From assembly GCA_965230295.1 (NCBI GenBank), contig OZ246001.1:1088001-1152000 (forward strand): a stretch of 64,000 bases of DNA, read 5' to 3'. The DNA comes from Marinicella sp. (GTDB lineage: Bacteria > Pseudomonadota > Gammaproteobacteria > Xanthomonadales > Marinicellaceae). Positions 11,711-20,516 of the stretch are shown here, piece by piece (the first letter of the stretch is position 1; the number at the start of each line of letters is the position of its first letter). Made by a program: the position numbers and the translations under genes. The notes below the pieces were generated by a model, which made no database searches, was not told the DNA's origin, and saw only the letters and a program-made list of their open reading frames with translations.

Positions 11711-12784
11711 TCAACCACAACAACTGTCTTTTTCAGGCTGATCGTCTTCACTATTTTCTCTTTTTGTCATCAATGGCAGAAAAGCCAAAACCAATAACAA
11801 CAAAGCACTGCCAAGGTGAATCACATTCGGCAGCATGGCATGATCCATGTCATGACTGGTTAAAAAAGTCACCTGATCTGCCATCAGGTTGACCACCACA
11901 CCAATCAACAAAGCACTGCTGATGATGCCTGACAGATATAGCCACATGGTGCGTTGTCCCATTTGTTGTTGGACCACACCTAAGGTGGCCATGTTGGTGG
12001 CTGGACCTGCCAACAAATAGACCAAAACCGCTCCAGGAGAAATGCCAGCCATCAAAAACCCTGCAGCGATAGGGGTTGATCCTGTGGCACAGACATACAT
12101 GGGTATACCGACAAACAGCATCACCAACATGGCCAGCCAGCTGTCACCCCACTTCAACAACCAATCTTCTGGCACAAATGCCTGAATGGCGGCAGCAAAC
12201 AACAAGCCAATGACCAACCATTTCAAAATACTTTGGTACAAATCTGTGAAAGCATATTTAACCCCACTGACTGCCTCTGTCATGATGCCCTGCCTGATTT
12301 CTGCTGTCTTGACTGGCTCAGCTTCACCGCCACAGCAAGCACTTAGTTTTTGTTTTTCCACATGGGGACTTTCAGGCACAAACCAATATACCAACAGACC
12401 AGTCACCATTGCAGAGACTAAAGCTGCAAGGGGGCGTATGATTGCCATGAACGGCCCCATCATGGCGTATGTGATGCTGATTGAATCCACACCGGTTTCT
12501 GGCGTTGACACAAGAAACGAAGTGGTGGCAGGTTTTGAAGCTCCTGCTTGGCGCAATCCCATGGCTGCAGGTATGACTCCACAGGAACACAAAGGCAATG
12601 GCACCCCCATCACTGCCGCTTTGAAAATGGATCCCATCCCTGGCTTGGTTAAGTGGCGTTGTAAAAAGGCTTGAGGCATCAAACTTTTGAACAAACCACC
12701 AATCAATAAACCCAACAGTAACCACGGGGCGGCTTCCAACACCAAGTCCCACAATGCAGTCAGATAAGTTAACAGGTATTGCAT
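11711..12784 (-). CDS. SO_0444-type heavy-metal (Cu/Zn) permease, DUF318/ArsP family
   Basis: PLPLCSCGVIP, STPETGVDS, PMYVCATGSTP, GPATN; CC motifs. Confidence 0.88.
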   Translation of the reverse strand: MQYLLTYLTALWDLVLEAAPWLLLGLLIGGLFKSLMPQAFLQRHLTKPGMGSIFKAAVMGVPLPLCSCGVIPAAMGLRQAGASKPATTSFLVSTPETGVDSISITYAMMGPFMAIIRPLAALVSAMVTGLLVYWFVPESPHVEKQKLSACCGGEAEPVKTAEIRQGIMTEAVSGVKYAFTDLYQSILKWLVIGLLFAAAIQAFVPEDWLLKWGDSWLAMLVMLFVGIPMYVCATGSTPIAAGFLMAGISPGAVLVYLLAGPATNMATLGVVQQQMGQRTMWLYLSGIISSALLIGVVVNLMADQVTFLTSHDMDHAMLPNVIHLGSALLLLVLAFLPLMTKRENSEDDQPEKDSCCG

Positions 12785-12820
12785 AAAATTCTATCCAATA
12801 TGATGTTGCTATTATACCTT

Positions 12821-13534
12821 TTATCTGCGTTTTCTGAAGGTCGGATTGTGCGGTGGATGGTAATGCGTTCTGCGCCAAAAATGCTTACCACCCAGTTTGA
12901 GCCACACGGGCAATGACAACAGCAAACCGACAACAAAACCACCAATGTGGGCCCAATAAGCCACGCCGGAACCCGCCACAGTCGTGGATACCCCTGAAAA
13001 CAATTGCATGGCCATCCAACCACCCAGAATCACAAAAGCTGGCAGCGTGATGATGTGGATAAAGACCACCAGGAAGATTAAATAGTCTACTTTGGCTTTG
13101 GGGTATAACAGCATGTAAGCCCCCATGACTCCCGCAATGGCACCAGAGGCACCCACAGTTGGGATCATAGATTCAACGTTGAACAAGACATGGAACAGGT
13201 CAGCCCCCAAACCACTGAACAGATAAAAAAGCAGAAATTTGCCGTGCCCCATCGCATCTTCAACATTGTCACCAAAAATCCACAAGAACAGCATGTTGCC
13301 TGCCAAGTGCATGTAACCTGCATGTAAAAACATGGAAGTGAAGGCAGTATGTAGCTGTTCTCCTTGAACCACTTCCCCAGGTACCATGGCCCAATTGGCA
13401 AAGAAGCCAGACAAGGCATGTGGGTCATCTAAAATTGGCATATAGCTGATAAAGACCAAGACGTTGATGGCCATCAATGTCCACGTTACATAGGGTGTTT
13501 GACTAGACGGGTTGTGGTCGCGGATGGGAATCAA
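12821..13534 (-). CDS. Rhomboid family intramembrane serine protease
   Basis: MIPIRD start, FLHAGYMHLAGNM, GASGA catalytic Ser, WAHIGGF catalytic His. Confidence 0.93.
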   Translation of the reverse strand: MIPIRDHNPSSQTPYVTWTLMAINVLVFISYMPILDDPHALSGFFANWAMVPGEVVQGEQLHTAFTSMFLHAGYMHLAGNMLFLWIFGDNVEDAMGHGKFLLFYLFSGLGADLFHVLFNVESMIPTVGASGAIAGVMGAYMLLYPKAKVDYLIFLVVFIHIITLPAFVILGGWMAMQLFSGVSTTVAGSGVAYWAHIGGFVVGLLLSLPVWLKLGGKHFWRRTHYHPPHNPTFRKRR

Positions 13535-13558
13535 GGGTGTTTGGTGTGGTTAATCGAG

Positions 13559-14089
13559 TTAAAGCATCGTTGTGGCCCACAACAACACTGGCACCAACAC
13601 CCCCAACAAGGCGAAAAAATAAGCCATCCTTAACAGCCGATATTTCCGCCTGAGGATCAACCCAATTTGATATATGTCGTTGATCAACATGTCTCTGGCT
13701 GCCTCGTTATCAACCAAGGTTCGTTGCATGTAATCATTGTATTGTTGCTGTGAAAACTGGGTAAAAAACCCAAAGAACAAAGGGTTGTTGATGTGCTCAA
13801 TATCGGGTTGTTTTTGACCACTGATGTTTTTCGGAATCAGCACCATGACTGTCAACACCATGGGCACCAATTCCATGGCCATAAACACAGCCAGCACGAT
13901 GAGCAATGAACTTTCTGTTTCTATCAGAGTGATGACTCGGGTGAGTACCACGGTAAACATCAATGCCAAGGTACCAATCAAAATATTGGCCTTTTGATCA
14001 GCCATCAAATTCAACTGCGTCTGATTCTGATGTGCGGTGCGCAAGGTTTGGATCACATCATTATTGGCTGGATTATTGTACTGAGTCAT
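13559..14089 (-). CDS. DUF5706 / Pycsar transmembrane effector family protein
   Basis: MADQKANILI, two TM helices, NPLFFGFF, DIYQIG..LRRKYRLLRMAY and a final TM helix. Start moved to the ATG at 14089. Confidence 0.8.
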   Translation of the reverse strand: MTQYNNPANNDVIQTLRTAHQNQTQLNLMADQKANILIGTLALMFTVVLTRVITLIETESSLLIVLAVFMAMELVPMVLTVMVLIPKNISGQKQPDIEHINNPLFFGFFTQFSQQQYNDYMQRTLVDNEAARDMLINDIYQIGLILRRKYRLLRMAYFFALLGVLVPVLLWATTML

Positions 14090-14282
14090 AGTTATTCTGA
14101 GCAACCATATTGATGGCAGTATAACACCTGTGGTTGGTACAACGTCATCAACAAATAACAGTTGATTAACTTTTGCATCATAGATATTGTATAAAATAAT
14201 GTCTTCATTGCATGGTTGTTGTGGGTCATAGCCTTTGACAGGACCATAATATTTTTATCATCTATTTATTGAGAATCAGAAA

Positions 14283-17261
14283 ATGCATATGACTTTTAAG
14301 ACTTTGATGTTGGCTGTTGTGTTGCTGTCTATGACCACAGTTCACAGTGAATCGCTCAACATCCAAACCAAGCATCAGCACAGTAAAAAAGCATTCAATC
14401 ACACACAATTCCCGATGTCTCCATTGACTGACCGACTTGAAATCGCCGCTCAATTACTGAAACATGAAACCGGAACATTGCAACCGTTAACCAGCTGGAA
14501 ACTGTATTCACAGGTAAAAACTCCTGGCGGAATTGAAGTTTTTAAGTTTCAGCACTTGCTCAATGGTTATCCGGTTATGGGGGATTGGGCGATGGTGGTG
14601 TTGAATGCTACAGGTCAACCACTGATCACAGAAACCTCAATGGTCATGGTAGATAAAGAACCTGTTTCATTGCCGTTAGACAATGATCGCTGGTTCCAAG
14701 CCACCCATACCAAAGCCGGGCAACAACAGCACACGGCAACCAAGAACCGTATTTGGTATAAAGACAACAATCAATTGATTCCGGCATTGATCAGCCAAAC
14801 CATCATAAGCCAGGATCAACAGCCCCTGTTGTATGCCTTTATTCATGCTGCCGAGGACGGACAGCTACTACAGAAAACATCGTTAACTCACGCTGTTGCT
14901 TACAACTACAAAGTCTATGCAGATAACAATGGTTTACCAGCTGACAGCGTATATGGGTCTACCCAACCACACCCCACAGGCATCCCTGACGATACACAAC
15001 CCAGCGTATTTGCCGATCAAGTCATCGTCAATGTAGAGGAAATTTCCGTTACTGTGGATGATCCCTGGTTACCAGCTGGCGCCACAGAAACAGTGGGTAA
15101 TAATGTCGACATATTTTTTAATTCATTGTTGTTACCTGATGGCACTTACGACAACAATTTCTCTGATGGTTTGGCTTACGGGCCGGGCTTTCAGCCAATT
15201 GATGGTGATTTCCGGGCACAATTGGGTGCTGGTTCAACCTTCGATTATACTTATAACCCGGCCATCTCCGCCGACGATTTTTATCAGCTATTCAGCGACC
15301 CAGTACCATCAAACCCTTCACCCGATGACCCACAAATCAATGCCAAACTGGTACAAGGTTTCTACATGGCAAACGTCATGCGTGATATATTCTATGACGC
15401 TGGTTTTACAGAAGTTGCTGGCAACGCACAAGAGGATAACTATGGCCGCGGCGGCATAGAAAACGACCGCATGATCATCCATGGGAATTGTTTATCTACC
15501 TTTGTATTCACCCCAGAGGACGGGGTTCAACCGGTGATGTGCTTAGGTCGAAACAGTTCCAGTTCAACCAACAAAGATGCCAGCTTTGATTATTCAATAT
15601 TTGCCCATGAATGGTCACACTATATGTACAAAAGGTTGGTACAAGGCCCAAGCTTGCCATCGGGCAATCAGGGCAGCAGCTTGAACGAGGGCTGGGCTGA
15701 CTTAGTGGGCATATTCATGACATTAGATGCTGCTGACTTCAACGCCCCCACCGCTGCAGGTTTTGACAGTGTTTATACGGTTGGAGGGTATTTTAATACC
15801 GATTACAGCCTCAACTACATTGCATATTTTGACCCCAATGGCACCCCGCCAGATGCGCATTTTTATGGTATCAGAAGGTGGCCTTTTGGCGCATCTAATC
15901 CCCTGACATTTCGCCACATCGAGCACTTGCAAGAACTGCCAAACACCCACCCTTATTTTGACTGGAAGGGCCGCTCAAAATTCAATTCTGAATACCATTC
16001 TGCCGGTGAGATATGGGCCGCCAGCACCTGGGATTGCTTCAGAAATATCCTGGCAGATCGCACTGATCGCACTTTCGCTGAGAACAAGAGTCAACTTGCC
16101 GCCTACATCGTCGGCGGTATGGCTGCCACACCTCCTGATCCAACTTATACCGAAGCCAGAAATGGTTTATTACTGGCCATCAACCAATCAGACCCGACAG
16201 ATTGGCAGACCTGTCGCCAGGCTTTTGCAGATCGGGGTATGGGATCTGGTGCCATTTCACCAGACCGTTTTTCAAAAACACATGCGAATGTGGTTGAGCA
16301 CTTTGCCAATGACGACCTTGAAATGACCGTGGTTTCTGCTAACTTGACTGATGATCTGGTTTCATTTGACAATGATGGAATTCTTGACGAATTCGAAACC
16401 GGAAATCTCAATCTGACCCTAAAAAATACCGGCTTCAAAACCATCGAATTCAGTTCAATCGAATTAATCAGCAGTGCCGATTACAGCTTCCCTGCTGCTG
16501 CCAATGAGTTTTTTGATGTGCCTCCCGGTGGAGAAATCGAAGTACTGTTACCCATCAAATTACTGCATAACAGGCAATTCGATGATACTGAGTTTACCCT
16601 GGTGACCGCCTTGTCAACTGACAATGGCAACACTTCTGGCGGCGGTGATACTGTTTTGAGTTTCAAAACACATTTCAACCAGGCTTCATCTGATGCTGCG
16701 ACAGAAACATTGGACTACGAAGCAGCCATGAATTTATGGGCTGAAGAAACCCTGTATCAATATCCTTTCATCAATCCACATTATGAACGTCGAGAGCTGG
16801 CCGGAAATACAAACGTGGTGTTACAGATTGGCGAAGTTTTCGGTGGCTTTGAAAAAACCCTGACCAGCCCCTGGCTGACTTTGGATCCGTTGAATCCAGA
16901 AGTCAATTTAAGCATTAACCACACTTACCTATTAGGCGATACCGGGCAACAGCTTAATGTTGAATACAGTTTCGATGATGAAAACTGGCTTACCATGAGC
17001 ACCCAAAACAACAACCCTGCCATTTTTCTTGGCGACGACCTGAATTACCCAACACTGGGTTTTGAACCCCTGTCTATTCCGGACCTTGACGGCAACACCC
17101 AGTTTAAAATCCGTTTTTATATCAATGCATTCACTGACTATACACCAACTGAAGCCGTTTGGATGATAGATAACATCAGTTTGGATGGTGTCACGGAGCA
17201 GCCTTTCTTAACTGTCACCAGCCAGAGCTCAAATGACTTGATCTTTGTTGATGGTTTTTAA
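14283..17261 (+). CDS. Secreted M36 (fungalysin-like) metallopeptidase with C-terminal beta-sandwich domains and a terminal DLIFVDGF motif
   Basis: Signal peptide, FTP-like propeptide, GNNV, GFTE.AGNAQ, AHEWSH zinc motif, NEGWAD, GIRR.P, EYHSAGEIW, PTYTEARN, FADRGMG. Confidence 0.9.
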   Translation: MHMTFKTLMLAVVLLSMTTVHSESLNIQTKHQHSKKAFNHTQFPMSPLTDRLEIAAQLLKHETGTLQPLTSWKLYSQVKTPGGIEVFKFQHLLNGYPVMGDWAMVVLNATGQPLITETSMVMVDKEPVSLPLDNDRWFQATHTKAGQQQHTATKNRIWYKDNNQLIPALISQTIISQDQQPLLYAFIHAAEDGQLLQKTSLTHAVAYNYKVYADNNGLPADSVYGSTQPHPTGIPDDTQPSVFADQVIVNVEEISVTVDDPWLPAGATETVGNNVDIFFNSLLLPDGTYDNNFSDGLAYGPGFQPIDGDFRAQLGAGSTFDYTYNPAISADDFYQLFSDPVPSNPSPDDPQINAKLVQGFYMANVMRDIFYDAGFTEVAGNAQEDNYGRGGIENDRMIIHGNCLSTFVFTPEDGVQPVMCLGRNSSSSTNKDASFDYSIFAHEWSHYMYKRLVQGPSLPSGNQGSSLNEGWADLVGIFMTLDAADFNAPTAAGFDSVYTVGGYFNTDYSLNYIAYFDPNGTPPDAHFYGIRRWPFGASNPLTFRHIEHLQELPNTHPYFDWKGRSKFNSEYHSAGEIWAASTWDCFRNILADRTDRTFAENKSQLAAYIVGGMAATPPDPTYTEARNGLLLAINQSDPTDWQTCRQAFADRGMGSGAISPDRFSKTHANVVEHFANDDLEMTVVSANLTDDLVSFDNDGILDEFETGNLNLTLKNTGFKTIEFSSIELISSADYSFPAAANEFFDVPPGGEIEVLLPIKLLHNRQFDDTEFTLVTALSTDNGNTSGGGDTVLSFKTHFNQASSDAATETLDYEAAMNLWAEETLYQYPFINPHYERRELAGNTNVVLQIGEVFGGFEKTLTSPWLTLDPLNPEVNLSINHTYLLGDTGQQLNVEYSFDDENWLTMSTQNNNPAIFLGDDLNYPTLGFEPLSIPDLDGNTQFKIRFYINAFTDYTPTEAVWMIDNISLDGVTEQPFLTVTSQSSNDLIFVDGF

Positions 17262-17353
17262 TTGGTAAACATCAAGGTTGCTAATTTCAGTCGGTTTTTA
17301 CATGACCACTGCTGTTGGTTATAATTATAAGATTGACCATCCCGTAAATAACC

Positions 17354-18133
17354 ATGAAAATCATTAAATACGCCATTGCCTGGTTGGCATCAATACTGAT
17401 ATTTACCCAAGTGAATGCCACTTTTTCTATCGTTACCGTTGACCCGGTTACGGGTCAGATAGGCAGTGCAGGTGCGACCTGTATTGGTGCTGAGGATGGT
17501 GCCATTGTGATCAGCGACATTGTACTTGAAACCGGTGTGATACATACCCAATCGTTCTACCTCCCGAACAATCAGAACAATGCCAGAAATCGCATGATTG
17601 CCGGCGACAGTCCACAACAAATCATGGATTGGTTGTTCAACAATGATGCCAACAACGACCCCAGTGCACGACAATACATCGCAGTGGATTTAAATGATGG
17701 CAGCCCAAGAAGTGCCGGCTTCACCGGTCCTGCCTGTTTCACGGAGTTTATCCATGTTACTGGGCCCAATTATGCCATCGCGGGCAACATCCTGATTTCC
17801 GAAGATGTGGTCACTGATATGGAAACCGCATTTTTGACAGCACAGGGATCCTTGGCCGAACGATTGATGGCCTCCTTACAAGCTGCTAAACGGGTCGGCG
17901 CAGACGAGCGCTGTGAACCTTTTGGCATCAGTTCCGCATCGGCATTTATACGAGTTGCCAGACCCTGTGATAAAGACAGCTCATTGGGCAATTTACCACT
18001 GGATCTGAATGTTTGGGTTGAGGACAGCAACCAAATATTCGAGCCCATTGATGAACTACAAAATCAGTTTGACAGCAGTTTGCCACTTGAAATTTGTGAG
18101 TTCGATTTGATTTTTTACGATGGTTTTGAATGA
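17354..18133 (+). CDS. Secreted DUF1028 (Ntn-hydrolase-like) protein with terminal DLIFYDGFE
   Basis: Signal peptide ending VNA, then mature N-terminal TFSIV (Thr nucleophile position); RQY, AGNIL, LAERLM..L.AA..G.D.RC. Confidence 0.85.
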   Translation: MKIIKYAIAWLASILIFTQVNATFSIVTVDPVTGQIGSAGATCIGAEDGAIVISDIVLETGVIHTQSFYLPNNQNNARNRMIAGDSPQQIMDWLFNNDANNDPSARQYIAVDLNDGSPRSAGFTGPACFTEFIHVTGPNYAIAGNILISEDVVTDMETAFLTAQGSLAERLMASLQAAKRVGADERCEPFGISSASAFIRVARPCDKDSSLGNLPLDLNVWVEDSNQIFEPIDELQNQFDSSLPLEICEFDLIFYDGFE

Positions 18134-18159
18134 GTCAGACTTATTGATTTTTGATGGTG

Positions 18160-18534
18160 CTATTGTGATTGCCGAATAATGACCGAGGCTGCCAAAGCCA
18201 ATGTAACCATTACCAAGCCAATCAGCACAGGTAAACGACTCATCTTTCGCTTCGGTATCGTCACCCTCAAATCGCTTTCTGCAATGACATAAATCGACAC
18301 GAATGTATCCCACATGGTTGCTTTGACTGAATTGAACTTTTCCAACCGGGTTATTTGCACGGATTTTTTACCCAAACTTTTCTTGGTTTGAACCTCTAGC
18401 TTCCCAAGCTGTGTTGAACGCTTTGCTGGCTCAACCATGAATTCATAAGTCATGGGCACGCTGCTGAAACTGCGGCTGAACAATTCGAGTTTTTCACCGG
18501 CCTTGATTTCAATCATTTCTTTGGCTTGACTCAT
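18160..18534 (-). CDS. Hypothetical protein with C-terminal TM helix
   Basis: 124-aa ORF filling the gap; hydrophobic C-terminus; no recognised motif. Confidence 0.6.
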   Translation of the reverse strand: MSQAKEMIEIKAGEKLELFSRSFSSVPMTYEFMVEPAKRSTQLGKLEVQTKKSLGKKSVQITRLEKFNSVKATMWDTFVSIYVIAESDLRVTIPKRKMSRLPVLIGLVMVTLALAASVIIRQSQ

Positions 18535-18615
18535 TTTTGACTCAGGTATGAATTAAGACCATGATGCCAGCACCACTGCTTTAAATCCTGAAAAACAGAT
18601 GAAATTTACAAAAAA

Positions 18616-19047
18616 TCAATCCACGTCTTGCACAATGACCACTTCCTCATGGAAAGTGATGTTGTGTTGGGCGCACAATGTTTTTAATTGATCAACTGGC
18701 ACATCTTTGAGCTTAACAGGTTCTCCAGTCTTCAAAAACAGTACCGGAAAAGTACCACCATCCTCGTTCCAGACTTCGACTTTTTCTATGTCATGCCAAG
18801 GGTAATTAACCACACTGCGGTTAACTTGAGAATAAGCCGCAAAGCCAAAGGGGGTGATGAACGTCTTGGGGTTTTTGTTGGGGAAAAAGCGCAGTTTGAT
18901 CATGTTGAAAATCAGGATGATGGGAATCAAAATGATCATCAAAAGCAAAATGGGGATCATCACCAACAGGATCAAAATAAACACCACCCAACTGAGCGGG
19001 CTGCGCCCATTGGGCATGTTACTGAGTATGACTTGTGCCAATTTCAT
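18616..19047 (-). CDS. Hypothetical membrane protein (N-terminal TM, PH-like tail)
   Basis: 143-aa ORF; AAGGA RBS upstream; long hydrophobic stretch; YPWHDI. Confidence 0.65.
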   Translation of the reverse strand: MKLAQVILSNMPNGRSPLSWVVFILILLVMIPILLLMIILIPIILIFNMIKLRFFPNKNPKTFITPFGFAAYSQVNRSVVNYPWHDIEKVEVWNEDGGTFPVLFLKTGEPVKLKDVPVDQLKTLCAQHNITFHEEVVIVQDVD

Positions 19048-19064
19048 GGTATTTCCTTAACTCT

Positions 19065-20504
19065 TTAACCAGCACCCAGCAGGGCTTTGGTTTCTAAAAA
19101 TTCTTCGAAGCCTTGTGGACCCCGTTCACGACCATTGCCAGACTGTTTGTAACCTCCAAATGGGGCCGTGCGGTCCATTTGTGCCCCATTGATGTGGATC
19201 ATGCCAGCTCGCAGTTGATTGGCAACATGGTTAACCCGGTCATTATCAGCTCCTGAAACATAACCGGATAAACCATAGTCATTGTCATTGGCCATCGCTA
19301 TGGCCTGTCGTTCTGTTTCATAGGGCATGAGACACAACACCGGACCGAAAATTTCATGGCGGGCGATTTGCATGTCATTATTGACACGGGTGAAAGCCGT
19401 CGGTTGAACATAATAGCCAGTTTCCAAGCCTTCAGGTTTGCCAACGCCCCCGACCAATATTTCAGCACCTTCATCAATGCCTTGTTGTATCAAAGTTTGG
19501 ATCCGATCCCATTGTAATTGTGACACCACGGGTCCGGCAAAAGTGGATTCCTCATGGGGATCTCCCACTTTGATTTTTTGCATGGTGTTTTTAACGATTG
19601 CTTCGGCTTCAGCCAAGCGTGATGCAGGCACCATCATGCGCGATGGTGCGTTACAGTTCTGACCCGAATTAACACACATGGTTTTAACACCTCCCGCCAC
19701 AGCCTTACCAAAGGCTTCGCTCGACAAATCATCCAGGATGATGTTGGCAGATTTCCCGCCCAACTCTTGGGTCACGCGTTTGATTGATGGTGCGGCATCT
19801 TGTGCCACTGCAATACCGGCCCTGGTTGAACCGGTGAATGAAACCATTTGAATACCCGGGTGTGATGAAATGGCCGATCCAACCACAGGACCATCGCCAT
19901 TGATCATGTTGATCACGCCGCTGGGGACACCGGCAGCGTGTAACACTTCCATCAGTAGATACCCAGAAAATGGTGCCACTTCTGAGGGCTTCCAAACCAC
20001 GGTACATCCGGTCGCCAGTGCCGGGGCCAATTTACAGCCAATCTGGTTCACGGGCCAATTCCAAGGCGTGATGAAGCCACAAACACCGATAGGCTCTTTG
20101 CGGATCAAGGACGACTCTTGTTTGAATTCAAACTCAAAATTATTCAGAACATCTATGGCTGATTTGAAATGCAGGTAGCCAGAAGCCGCTTGATTGGAGC
20201 CACTGAGCCACTGCGGCGCGCCCATTTCTTCGGTGATGGCAGCAGCGATGTCAGCCGATCTTTTTTTGTATTCTGCAGCCACTGATTGCAACAAGTCCAA
20301 ACGCTGTTCCTTGGAAGTTTGGGAAAAGCCTGTAAAAGCGGCTTGGGCTGCTTTAACAGCCGCATCCACATCGGCTGCCGTACCCATTGATATGTGACCA
20401 GCGACTTGTTCTGTGGCCGGGTTGATCACTGCCAATTGCTCGCGGTTTTCTGGCGTCACCCATTGGCCATTGATATAAAATTTTTGATAGTTTCTCATGC
20501 GCAT
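19065..20504 (-). CDS. Aldehyde dehydrogenase family protein
   Basis: ITPWNWP, KPSE, FTGST, ELGGKS, catalytic Cys in NSGQNC, EIFGPV, PFGGYKQSG. Confidence 0.95.
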   Translation of the reverse strand: MRMRNYQKFYINGQWVTPENREQLAVINPATEQVAGHISMGTAADVDAAVKAAQAAFTGFSQTSKEQRLDLLQSVAAEYKKRSADIAAAITEEMGAPQWLSGSNQAASGYLHFKSAIDVLNNFEFEFKQESSLIRKEPIGVCGFITPWNWPVNQIGCKLAPALATGCTVVWKPSEVAPFSGYLLMEVLHAAGVPSGVINMINGDGPVVGSAISSHPGIQMVSFTGSTRAGIAVAQDAAPSIKRVTQELGGKSANIILDDLSSEAFGKAVAGGVKTMCVNSGQNCNAPSRMMVPASRLAEAEAIVKNTMQKIKVGDPHEESTFAGPVVSQLQWDRIQTLIQQGIDEGAEILVGGVGKPEGLETGYYVQPTAFTRVNNDMQIARHEIFGPVLCLMPYETERQAIAMANDNDYGLSGYVSGADNDRVNHVANQLRAGMIHINGAQMDRTAPFGGYKQSGNGRERGPQGFEEFLETKALLGAG

Positions 20505-20516
20505 CTCTACTGGTTG

